NCBI GenBank assembly: GCA_029261875.1
Contig: JAJDAL010000059.1
Location: 4,115 to 68,114, forward strand
DNA length: 64,000 nucleotides
Reading direction: 5' to 3'
DNA from: Deltaproteobacteria bacterium
Lineage (GTDB): Bacteria; Myxococcota_A; UBA9160; JAJDAL01
The notes under the pieces are model-generated. The model had not been told where the DNA came from and ran no database searches. It was given only the letters and a program-made list of their open reading frames with translations. The position numbers and the translations under genes were made by a program. This document shows, piece by piece, positions 50,157 through 58,613 of the stretch. How positions within the stretch are numbered: the stretch's first letter is position 1; every line of letters starts with the position of its first letter.

Positions 50157-51098
50157 TTAAGGGGCGGCGGGGTAGGCTTTCGCCAAACCACCCACAACGT
50201 CGAAGAATTCGTCGGCAATCTCACCGATGATCTCGGCCACGGGTCGTATTCGGTCGATTCGGCCGGCTACCTGACCGCAGAGTGCCAGACTCGCGTTCAT
50301 ATCCCCGCCGAAATAGAGCTTCATCGCGTTCCCGAACTCCCCCATGGCGTTCACATCGGCGTATTCGAGGGATTCGCTGTGTTCGGTGCGCAGGGCCCGC
50401 AGGCCCGGGCCAAAGCGACGATTGAGGAAGATCGTGTCGGTTTCGGCCGCCTCGACGATGCCGTTCTTCCAATTCTCGTGTACCGGAGATTCCGTGGCGG
50501 AAACCATTCGCGTACCCATCTGAATTCCCTCCGCCCCCAACGCGAACGCGGCCGCCATAGTGGCGCCATCGAGCATCCCGCCCGCGGCGATGATGGGGAC
50601 CTCGACCTTCGACCGCACCAGGGGAAGCAACACCATGCTCGCAACGTCGCGCGGATTCTTGAAGCCCCCGCCCTCGCCGCCCTCCACGATCAATCCGTCG
50701 ACGCCCGCTTCGATGGCCTTCAAGGCACCGCGCAGCGTGGGCACCACGTGGAATACCGTGAGCCCCGCGGACTTGAGCGCGCTCGTGTACTTCATGGGAC
50801 TGCCCGCCGACGTCGTGACGAACTTCACGCCCTCGGAAACCACGAAGTCGACGATGTTGGGATCGCGCACGAAGGCCTGGGCGATGTTGACGCCAAAAGG
50901 CTTGTCCGTGAGATCGCGCATCTTTCGGATTTCTTGTTTGACAACGTCGAGCTCGCCCGATGAAGTTTCGATGATCCCCATGGCGCCGGCGTTGGAGACC
51001 GCCGAGGCCAGCGGCGCCCGGGCGATCCACCCCATCGGGGCTTGAACGATCGGGACCTCGACTCCCAACATCTCCGTCACGCGGTTTCGGAAACCCAT
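50157..51098 (-). CDS. Nitronate monooxygenase / FabK-like flavin oxidoreductase
   Basis: PIVQAPMG, PFGVN, EGGEGGG, PIIAAGG and GIQMGTR motifs. Confidence 0.92.
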   Translation of the reverse strand: MGFRNRVTEMLGVEVPIVQAPMGWIARAPLASAVSNAGAMGIIETSSGELDVVKQEIRKMRDLTDKPFGVNIAQAFVRDPNIVDFVVSEGVKFVTTSAGSPMKYTSALKSAGLTVFHVVPTLRGALKAIEAGVDGLIVEGGEGGGFKNPRDVASMVLLPLVRSKVEVPIIAAGGMLDGATMAAAFALGAEGIQMGTRMVSATESPVHENWKNGIVEAAETDTIFLNRRFGPGLRALRTEHSESLEYADVNAMGEFGNAMKLYFGGDMNASLALCGQVAGRIDRIRPVAEIIGEIADEFFDVVGGLAKAYPAAP

Positions 51099-51297
51099 CG
51101 TGCATCCTCCGTTCCAGAACCGGCCCAAACATAGCGGGATTCCGTCCCTTTCTTGGCGGGTGCAAATCGGTCCCCGCGATCGCGCCGCGATGGGCCCCAT
51201 CTCGCCGGTCGTATCGCTGCCCCCAGGCGGTCTTTCCCCGCTGGCCAGGCGCTGCCGGGCGGGGCACAATCGAGCAAAGCGCCCGGGAGGAAATCCG

Positions 51298-53439
51298 GTG
51301 ACTTCCAAGACCAGCTACGGAATCTGCATGCTTTGTGAAGCGGCCTGCGGGATCGTCGTCGAACACGACGGCACGCGGGTAGAGCGGGTGCGAGGCGACG
51401 AACGCGATCCCTTCAGCGCCGGTCACATCTGTCCCAAGGGCGTGGCCCTGGCGGACCTTCAAAACGACCCCGATCGCATTCGCCGCCCGCTTCGAAAGCG
51501 CGGCGACGAATTCGTCGAAATCCCCTGGGACGAGGCGCTCGAGGAAGCCGCCGAGCGCATTTGGCAAATTCAGTCGCAACACGGCAACGATGCCTTGGGG
51601 GTCTACACCGGCAATCCGACCGGCCACAGTTACACCGCAATCCTATCCGCCGACCACTTGAACAAGACGCTTAAGACCCGCAATCGTTTCTCGGCTGGAT
51701 CCGTCGATGCGCTGCCCCGCTTGTTGGTTTCGCGCTTGATGTACGGGAATCAGGCGATCCTCCCGATCCCGGATTTGGAGCGCACGGATTACCTGCTGGT
51801 ACTCGGCGCCAACCCCATGGTTTCGAACGGCAGTGTGATGACGGCACCGGACATCGCCGCAAGGCTTCGCGCCCTTCGCGCGCGCGGCGGAAAGCTCGTG
51901 GTGATCGACCCCAGGCGAAACGAGACCGCCGAGGTCGCCGACGCCCACTACTTCATTCGTCCGAGCACGGATGCGCTGTTCCTGGCCGCCATCCTGAATA
52001 CGCTTTTCGCCGAGAACCGCACGACGCTCGACCGGGTCGCGCCCATGCTCGAAGGCGCCGACGCGCTACCGGGCCTGTTCGAGGCCTTCACACCGGAGCG
52101 CGTGGCGGCTGCGGTGGGGATCGACGCGGACGACATCCGAAAGATCGCCCGCGACTTCTCCGACGCGCCGACGGCGGCCTGCTACGGGCGCCTGGGAACC
52201 TGCGTGCAGGATTTCGCCGCACTGTGCAGCTGGCTGATCGACCTCGTCAACATCGTGTCGGGCAACTTCGACCGAAAAGGCGGCAGCATGTTTCCGGCAC
52301 CGGCCACGGATCTCGCCGCGCTGGCCGAAACCATCGGCCAACGCGGAGAGTTCGACCGCTGGCGCAGTCGGGTGAGCAACCTGCCGGAGTTCAACGGCGA
52401 ACTTCCGGTGGCCGCTTTTGCCGAAGAAATGGAGAACCCGGGTCCGGGACAGATTCGCGGCCTCCTCACCCACGCGGGCAATCCCGTGCTTTCGCTCCCC
52501 AACGGGCGCCGCCTCGAGCGCGCCTTCGCGAAGCTCGAATTCATGGTCTCGATCGATATCTACCGCAACGAGACGACGCGCCACGCGGATTTGATCCTGC
52601 CCCCGACCTTCGGCCTGGAGCGCGAGCACTATCCCATCGTGGGACACGCGGTCGCGGTCCGAAACACGGTCCACTACGCGCGGCCCGTTCTCGACAAGCC
52701 CGCGGACAGCCTCGACGATTGGGAGATCCTGCTCGATCTCGCTACCCGCATCGAAAAGAAGCGCGGCGGAATCGGCCGCTACCTCGCTCCCGCCAAGCAC
52801 GCCGTGTTGCACGCCCTGGGACCGCGCGCGCTGTTGCGGGGATTGCTGCGACTGGGCCCCTACCCGCTCAGCTTGAAACAGCTCGAAGCGGCCCCCCACG
52901 GAATCGACCTGGGTCCGCTGTCCCCCCGGCTCCCCAAACTTTTGGGCAAGCAGGGACGCATCCAGGTCGCTCCGAAAATTCTGACCCAAGACCTGGATCG
53001 CCTCGAAGCGAGTGCCCAAACGCCGGGCCCGCGGCGCCCGCCCAACGGGTTGCTCCTGATCGGTCGCCGTTCGCTCCGCAGCAACAATTCCTGGATGCAC
53101 AACAGCGAACGCCTCGTGAAGGGACGCGACCGTTGTGTGCTTCTCATGCACCCGCTGGACGCCTCCGAGCGCGGCCTCGAAGGGGGCCAATCCATCGTCC
53201 TCAAATCCGCGGTGGGACAGATCGAAGTCCCCCTCGAAATCAGCGACGAAGTGATGCCCGGGGTGGTCAGCCTGCCCCACGGCTGGGGGCACGGGGGCGC
53301 GGGGACCCAGCAACGCGTCGCCAACGCCCACGCCGGCGCCAGCGTGAACGATGTCACGGACGACCGCCGCTTCGACCCGGTCTCGGGCACGACGAGCCTG
53401 AACGGCGTCCCGGTTTCCGTCAGCGCTGTAAGTGCCTGA
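51298..53439 (+). CDS. Molybdopterin-dependent oxidoreductase with an N-terminal [4Fe-4S] motif
   Basis: CMLCEAACG..ICPKG, VVIDPRRNETA, GNPVLS, NSWMHN and VSLPHGWGH motifs; GGAGG before GTG 51298. Confidence 0.92.
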   Translation: MTSKTSYGICMLCEAACGIVVEHDGTRVERVRGDERDPFSAGHICPKGVALADLQNDPDRIRRPLRKRGDEFVEIPWDEALEEAAERIWQIQSQHGNDALGVYTGNPTGHSYTAILSADHLNKTLKTRNRFSAGSVDALPRLLVSRLMYGNQAILPIPDLERTDYLLVLGANPMVSNGSVMTAPDIAARLRALRARGGKLVVIDPRRNETAEVADAHYFIRPSTDALFLAAILNTLFAENRTTLDRVAPMLEGADALPGLFEAFTPERVAAAVGIDADDIRKIARDFSDAPTAACYGRLGTCVQDFAALCSWLIDLVNIVSGNFDRKGGSMFPAPATDLAALAETIGQRGEFDRWRSRVSNLPEFNGELPVAAFAEEMENPGPGQIRGLLTHAGNPVLSLPNGRRLERAFAKLEFMVSIDIYRNETTRHADLILPPTFGLEREHYPIVGHAVAVRNTVHYARPVLDKPADSLDDWEILLDLATRIEKKRGGIGRYLAPAKHAVLHALGPRALLRGLLRLGPYPLSLKQLEAAPHGIDLGPLSPRLPKLLGKQGRIQVAPKILTQDLDRLEASAQTPGPRRPPNGLLLIGRRSLRSNNSWMHNSERLVKGRDRCVLLMHPLDASERGLEGGQSIVLKSAVGQIEVPLEISDEVMPGVVSLPHGWGHGGAGTQQRVANAHAGASVNDVTDDRRFDPVSGTTSLNGVPVSVSAVSA

Positions 53440-53477
53440 GAGCGGGCAAGCGCTACCCGGAGCGCCTCAAGTCGACG

Positions 53478-53507
53478 TTGACGAGTGCCGCTCAGTAGGG
53501 ATACGCT
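53478..53507 (+). promoter_or_regulatory. Sigma70 promoter of the leader peptide/DAHP synthase transcript
   Basis: TTGACG-18 nt-TACGCT. Confidence 0.6.
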
Positions 53508-53517
53508 AGAGGTCACC

Positions 53518-53613
53518 ATGTTGCCGATCGATTGCACCCAAACGCGCTATTTCGCCTTCTTCTTTACCTACCCCTGGTTCGAGACCAGGGCCGTGGGGAG
53601 TTGCGCCGAATAA
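53518..53613 (+). CDS. Aromatic amino acid attenuator leader peptide MLPIDCTQTRYFAFFFTYPWFETRAVGSCAE
   Basis: Translated by hand; GAGG RBS; 8 aromatic codons within 11 (5 Phe, 2 Tyr, 1 Trp). Confidence 0.85.
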   Translation: MLPIDCTQTRYFAFFFTYPWFETRAVGSCAE

Positions 53614-53635
53614 GAGCGGCACCAACGATTTACCC

Positions 53636-53669
53636 GAGGCCCTGGAGAAATCCGGGGCCTCTTTTTTTT
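53636..53669 (+). terminator. Attenuator terminator (3:4 hairpin)
   Basis: GAGGCCCTGGA-GAAA-TCCGGGGCCTC followed by T8. Confidence 0.9.
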
Positions 53670-53700
53670 GTCCGAAAGCAAAGTTCCATTGGAGATCGAA

Positions 53701-54771
53701 ATGCAGGATTCCCTCGAAAACAAGAACGTCGTCGACGTTCGTCCCCTGATTTCGCCAGCCGCCGTCAAACGGGACCTCCCCGTGCCGGCGGAAGTCGCAG
53801 CCAGCGTACTCGCCACGCGAGCCGCGGTGCGCGACCTGATTCACGGGCGCGACAGCAAGCGGGTTCTCGCCATCGTGGGGCCGTGCTCGATTCACGATCG
53901 GGGGGTCGCGCTCGAATACGCCCAGCGCTTGAAATCCGTCGCCGACGAGATCGCCGACAGCGTGCTGGTGTTGATGCGGACGTACTTCGAGAAACCGCGC
54001 ACGACCGTGGGCTGGAAGGGGTTGATCAACGATCCGGCGCTCGATGGGTCCTGCGACGTCCAGCGCGGGCTCTCCTTGACCCGTGAGATCCTGCTCGAGG
54101 TGGGAGCGATGGGCCTGGGCTGCGCGACGGAACTTCTCGACCCCGTCACGCCGCAATACGTGGGCGACTTGCTTTCCTGGGCTGCCATCGGCGCCCGCAC
54201 CACCGAGAGTCAGACCCATCGCGAGATGGCGAGCGGCCTGTCGATGCCCGTGGGTTTCAAGAATGGGGTCGACGGAGATCTGCGCAGCGCCAAGAACGCC
54301 CTGGCGTCGGCGCGGTCGTCCCACAGTTTCCTGGGCATCACGGCCGAAGGCGCCACCGCGGTCATCGTCACGCGAGGCAATCCCGACTCGCACGTGGTGT
54401 TGCGGGGCGGAGCCAGCGGTCCCAATTACGCCGCGGATTCCGTGCGCCAGGCCGCGGCGGCGCTGGCGGAGCCCGCGATCGCGCGGCCGATCCTGATCGA
54501 TTGTTCCCACGACAACTCGTCCCAGGACTTCACGCGCCAAGGCGCCGTGTGCCGAGCGGTAATCGATCAAGTTCGCTCGGGCTCCAACTCGATCCTCGGT
54601 TTCATGCTCGAGAGCAACCTTCATCCGGGCCAACAGAAATGGCATCGCGATTGCGATCTCGCCTATGGGGTTTCCATCACCGATGGATGCATCGGCTGGG
54701 AGGAAACCGAAACCCTTCTGCGCGAGGCCGCAGAGGCGGTGCGCAACCCGGGAATCCACTCCGCCGCTTGA
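53701..54771 (+). CDS. aroG: Class I DAHP synthase (3-deoxy-7-phosphoheptulonate synthase)
   Basis: GPCSIHD, YFEKPRTTVGWKG, IGARTTESQTHR, PVGFKN, DCSH and SITDGCIGW motifs. The aroF/G/H subtype cannot be resolved. Confidence 0.95.
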   Translation: MQDSLENKNVVDVRPLISPAAVKRDLPVPAEVAASVLATRAAVRDLIHGRDSKRVLAIVGPCSIHDRGVALEYAQRLKSVADEIADSVLVLMRTYFEKPRTTVGWKGLINDPALDGSCDVQRGLSLTREILLEVGAMGLGCATELLDPVTPQYVGDLLSWAAIGARTTESQTHREMASGLSMPVGFKNGVDGDLRSAKNALASARSSHSFLGITAEGATAVIVTRGNPDSHVVLRGGASGPNYAADSVRQAAAALAEPAIARPILIDCSHDNSSQDFTRQGAVCRAVIDQVRSGSNSILGFMLESNLHPGQQKWHRDCDLAYGVSITDGCIGWEETETLLREAAEAVRNPGIHSAA

Positions 54772-54823
54772 GCGGCCCTGGCGACGGGGCTCCGCAGTCC
54801 TTGCGCCGAGGGATCGATCTCCC

Positions 54824-56263
54824 CTAGAGAGATTCGCTCGCGAGTCGCGCGTCGAGTTCCGCCCGCACGTGCGCGTGGCGCTCGCGCGTCAGGTCGTAGC
54901 GGCCAAAGATCCACAGCGAGGCCCCGACCAGGATGGCGATCGCGCAACCGCTCGCGTACCCGAGGTTGTGCACAACCGCTTCGGCGACGCTTTCCGGAGC
55001 CGCGCCGGGCGCGAGTCCTACGGCGTCGACCACGATCCCCGCCACCAGGCTGCCGATCCCGAAGAACGCCTTGGCGGCGAACGAGATGGCGCCGAAGAAG
55101 ACGCCTTCGCGCCGACGACCGTGGACCAGCTGATCTTCGTCCGTGATGTCCGCCATCATCGAGCGCGCGGTCACCATGGGAGCCGCAATTCCAAAATTCG
55201 CGACCAGGCCCGTGGTGAAAACGTAGAGCGGGAGATAGAAAGAACTCGAAAGACCGGGCCAGAAACCCGCGATCTTGAGAAAGATCGGGATGACGGTAAA
55301 CAGCGTGAAGATCTTCATGCCGCGGATGAACACGACCTTCTTGTCCAAGCGGTAGGCCTGGCCTCGCCAATAGCCCAAACCCGTAAAGATTCCCGTCCCC
55401 GAAGCCACGCCCCAGATGAAAAGATCCGCCGTGCTCACGCGCCAGAAGTACGTCCCCATGTGGAGCCCGAGGGAGACCGCGATCCCCCACGCCACATAGG
55501 TGACGAGGGTTCCCCAGAAGAGAGCCTGGAACGAGCGAAGTTTCAGGGCTTCGCGCATTCCGCCGAGCATGCTGCGAAAGATCGGTTCTCGCGCGGAATC
55601 CGCGTCGGCCTGCGGAAGCTGCGGGATGCACCAATGGGTCTTCGCGGCGGAAAGCACGATCAAGCTGAACATCAGGAGTGACATCGTGAGGGCAAACGGC
55701 GGGTAGGCGCCGGGATTCAATTGTCCGTTGGGAAAGGCATCCGTCGGCCGCATGAAGACCAATAGGCCGAGTGTCCCAGCGACGGCGTGTCCGATGCGGG
55801 TCAGGACCATTTGGATCGTCACGATGCTCGTTCGTTCCTGATAGTCCGTCGACAATTCCGCCCCGAGCGCCAGATGGGGCACGTGAAACAGGGTCATGGA
55901 AAATCGCGTCAAGACCGCAAAGACCGCCAGCCAGAGAAACAAGCCGCCCTGGCCGAGACCCTCGGGCGGCGCAAAGGTGAGATAGAAGAAGACGGAAACC
56001 GGCAGTGCGGACGCATACAGGAACGGGTGGCGGCGCCCGAAGCGCGACTGCATTCGGTCCGACAACGCACCCGCGAAAGGATCGGTGATCGCGTCGAACA
56101 ACAGCGCGATCATGATGGCCTGCCCCGACAGGAAGCCCGACAAACCCACGACCTGGGTGTAGTAAAACAGCAGGAACAGCGTGTAGGACTCGTTTTTGAG
56201 CCCTTCGGCGGCCTGGCCGACGCCGTACCAGATCTTCGTGGGGGTGGGGACCGTTCCATTCAT
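54824..56263 (-). CDS. MFS/GPH (glycoside-pentoside-hexuronide) family transporter
   Basis: DAITDP..SDR..SRFGRRHPF, ALGAELSTDYQERT and SMMADITD..GRRREG motifs. Confidence 0.9.
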   Translation of the reverse strand: MNGTVPTPTKIWYGVGQAAEGLKNESYTLFLLFYYTQVVGLSGFLSGQAIMIALLFDAITDPFAGALSDRMQSRFGRRHPFLYASALPVSVFFYLTFAPPEGLGQGGLFLWLAVFAVLTRFSMTLFHVPHLALGAELSTDYQERTSIVTIQMVLTRIGHAVAGTLGLLVFMRPTDAFPNGQLNPGAYPPFALTMSLLMFSLIVLSAAKTHWCIPQLPQADADSAREPIFRSMLGGMREALKLRSFQALFWGTLVTYVAWGIAVSLGLHMGTYFWRVSTADLFIWGVASGTGIFTGLGYWRGQAYRLDKKVVFIRGMKIFTLFTVIPIFLKIAGFWPGLSSSFYLPLYVFTTGLVANFGIAAPMVTARSMMADITDEDQLVHGRRREGVFFGAISFAAKAFFGIGSLVAGIVVDAVGLAPGAAPESVAEAVVHNLGYASGCAIAILVGASLWIFGRYDLTRERHAHVRAELDARLASESL

Positions 56264-56348
56264 CGCTGGCAAGCCTACCCCGTTCGACACTCGGCGACGC
56301 AATCCGGTTTCAGGCCCGGGTGGATTTCCCCGTGGTAAGCGTCGGGCG

Positions 56349-56540
56349 CTATTCCACGTAACCCAACGCCCGTAGGGCTTCGATATCTTCGCTTTCCATT
56401 TGAATCCGTTGCTTGGGGTCGGACCGCCCCTGCTCCAGGGCGCGACGGGCCACTTCGCGCAGGGGCGCGAGTTCTTCCGACAGCGCTTCCGCCGGATTCG
56501 CCTGTTCGCCCGAATCCGCGGCCAGATCGAAGTACGCTAG
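56349..56540 (-). pseudogene. Orphan C-terminal fragment of a sulfatase-family gene
   Basis: Hand translation LAYFDLAADSGEQANPAEA...EDIEALRALGYVE*; no matching N-terminal part. Confidence 0.65.
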
Positions 56541-56559
56541 GGGGATTCGACCCGCTCGA

Positions 56560-57093
56560 CTAGTGCGCCCACAGTCCTCGCCGGTGGGTACGCGCTTCGT
56601 TCTCCGCCGCTACGAATTCTTTTCGAAATCGGCCTTCGCCGTATACGGTCCAGAATCGAGACCACCCGTTGCGAACCATTTCGACGTTGAGATTGTCCCC
56701 GTTGACGTAGACATAAGCGAGCAAACGACCGTGATCCCCGCGCTGGGGTCTTCCGGGCACTTCGAAATCCAAATGGACCGGCTGCCCTCCGATCAGCTCG
56801 CGCAGCCGATCCCGGGCCTCCTCGTATCCGGCTTCCTGGCGCTCGGGTGTATCGATCCGAAGCAGTCGCACCCGGTCACCACCGCTGCCTTCACACACGG
56901 CGTACAACGTATCGCCATCGATGACATCGGTGACCTTGCAGGGACCGGCCATCTTGTTGGCGGCAACCGAGGGGAGCGGAGCATCGGCGCTGGCACGATT
57001 TCGAACGGGTTTCGTCGGAGCCGGAACACTCACCCGCCCGAGGGCGAATCCGACACCGAGGGCCACTACAGCGATCCAGATGGAATGACGCAT
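56560..57093 (-). CDS. Thermonuclease (SNase-like) with an N-terminal membrane segment
   Basis: VIDGDT, VRLLRIDTPE, GRLLAYVY, EMVRNG and RRGLW motifs. Confidence 0.92.
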   Translation of the reverse strand: MRHSIWIAVVALGVGFALGRVSVPAPTKPVRNRASADAPLPSVAANKMAGPCKVTDVIDGDTLYAVCEGSGGDRVRLLRIDTPERQEAGYEEARDRLRELIGGQPVHLDFEVPGRPQRGDHGRLLAYVYVNGDNLNVEMVRNGWSRFWTVYGEGRFRKEFVAAENEARTHRRGLWAH

Positions 57094-57276
57094 AGCGGGG
57101 CAGTTTACCGCGAAAACTCGCACGATTGTTCGACTCGATTCCCCCCTGAAGCGAGTTTTCACAGCGGCCGTCGGCCCCCAGCCTCGAGCCGCCGGATCGC
57201 ATCCCGCCGCACGCCCACCGGCAAGGCCGATGCTTTCGAGACGCCTAACCGCCCCTAACTGCTATAGTTCGAGCCG

Positions 57277-57978
57277 ATGAAATCTCGACCCTGCAGCATC
57301 GTCTCGGCCCTGGCAGCCACCCTTTTCATGGGCTGCGCGACCCCACTTCCCCCTTCTTCTCAATTCGATTTCTTTCTGCCTCCGCCGGCCGACCACCCCT
57401 GGTCCGACCTGGTCGATGGCTGGCAGCAACGCACCCGCGAAAGCCTGGCTTCCCGCTCCGAATCCCCGCCCGAGGCCCTCGGCATGCGGGCCGCGGAACA
57501 GACCGGACGCCTGCGCGAGAAGTTCGAAGCCTTTCAGATGGTTCAGAAGCGCATCCTCGCCAAGCGGTTTGCCGAGTGGGCGCAGGTCGAAGCGCGGCGC
57601 CACTACCGTTCGGATCACGAAACCAGCCTGGCCGACGACCACTGGCCCAGTCTCGAGGAGCTGTTCGAAACGAACGGCGACGACTGTGACGGTCTCGACC
57701 TGCTCGCCTACCACCAGCTTCGCGACTTGGGTTTCCGCAAGGATGAGCTCTACCGAGCCCTGATCCGCCGCGAACGCGATGGAAAATTCCACATGGTTAC
57801 GCTTTGGTTCGAGACGCGGGACGATCCCTGGGTGATCGATGCGACCGGAGCCATTACCTTTACGATGCGCCGGATGTCGGAGCTGCCCGGGTGGGCGCCG
57901 ACCCTGGTGTTCAGTGAGGACGAGCAGTTTTCTGTAGTAGAGCGAACGCCTTTCACCAAGGTCATGGCCGCGGAGTAG
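57277..57978 (+). CDS. Transglutaminase-like cysteine peptidase (BTLCP/LapG-like) lipoprotein
   Basis: FMGC lipobox-like; DHW, GDDCDG, HMV and WVID (putative Cys-His-Asp triad). Confidence 0.7.
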   Translation: MKSRPCSIVSALAATLFMGCATPLPPSSQFDFFLPPPADHPWSDLVDGWQQRTRESLASRSESPPEALGMRAAEQTGRLREKFEAFQMVQKRILAKRFAEWAQVEARRHYRSDHETSLADDHWPSLEELFETNGDDCDGLDLLAYHQLRDLGFRKDELYRALIRRERDGKFHMVTLWFETRDDPWVIDATGAITFTMRRMSELPGWAPTLVFSEDEQFSVVERTPFTKVMAAE

Positions 57979-58034
57979 CGACCGTGGCGGCCCGAGGGGA
58001 CGTTGGCTCATTAATACTCCTAAGGAGGGTGGGA

Positions 58035-58538
58035 ATGTTTGGACGGATGATCGCAATCGCTTTGGCCGTAATGCTGGTTTCTGCAGGTTCGGCAATGGCC
58101 GACGACATGGGGGGATCAGACATCATGATCCCGAAGGCGAAGGCCAAGGCTCCGGCCCCGGCCCCGGAACCCATTACGGCCCCGCCGCCGCCCTTCGTCG
58201 AGCTGCAGAGCAAGTCGGTGGGCGCTGGCATCGGCCTCAGCTGGGGCCAGGGAACGCTGTTGTTCGAAGGCGAGCAGCACCCGTTCTCCGTGAAGGGACT
58301 CGGCTTGGGTGACGTCGGTATCGCGTCGCTCGTGGGGTCCGGTCACGTAAAGAACTTGAACAGCGTCGCGGATTTCGCCGGTAACTACGTCGCCGTAGGA
58401 GCCGGAGCCGCGGCTGGCGTGGGCGCTTCCGTCGTGTCCATGCGCAACCAGAATGGTGTGGTGATCAACCTGAATGCCGAACTCAAGGGCCTCGCCCTGA
58501 ACCTCGGCCCCGAAGGGTTCCACGTCAATCTGCAATAG
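58035..58538 (+). CDS. Secreted DUF1134/EipA-like protein
   Basis: Signal AMA|DD; GIGLSWGQGTL, FAGNY and MRNQNGVVINL motifs; TAAGGAGG RBS. Confidence 0.65.
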   Translation: MFGRMIAIALAVMLVSAGSAMADDMGGSDIMIPKAKAKAPAPAPEPITAPPPPFVELQSKSVGAGIGLSWGQGTLLFEGEQHPFSVKGLGLGDVGIASLVGSGHVKNLNSVADFAGNYVAVGAGAAAGVGASVVSMRNQNGVVINLNAELKGLALNLGPEGFHVNLQ

Positions 58539-58545
58539 TGCGAGT

Positions 58546-58581
58546 TCGCAGAGGGCGCGCCTCGTGGCGCGCCCTCTGCGA
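58546..58581. repeat. Perfect 16-bp inverted repeat without a U-tract
   Basis: TCGCAGAGGGCGCGCC-TCGT-GGCGCGCCCTCTGCGA. Confidence 0.8.
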
Positions 58582-58613
58582 TATCCGCTTTCCCTCTCGC
58601 TTCCCGAAACACC

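Noticed and set aside
56536-56560. Minus-strand GCGGGTCGAATCCCCCT resembling a tRNA T-arm or att site
   Set aside because: It lacks the TTCG loop and a proper stem; no cloverleaf or integrase nearby.
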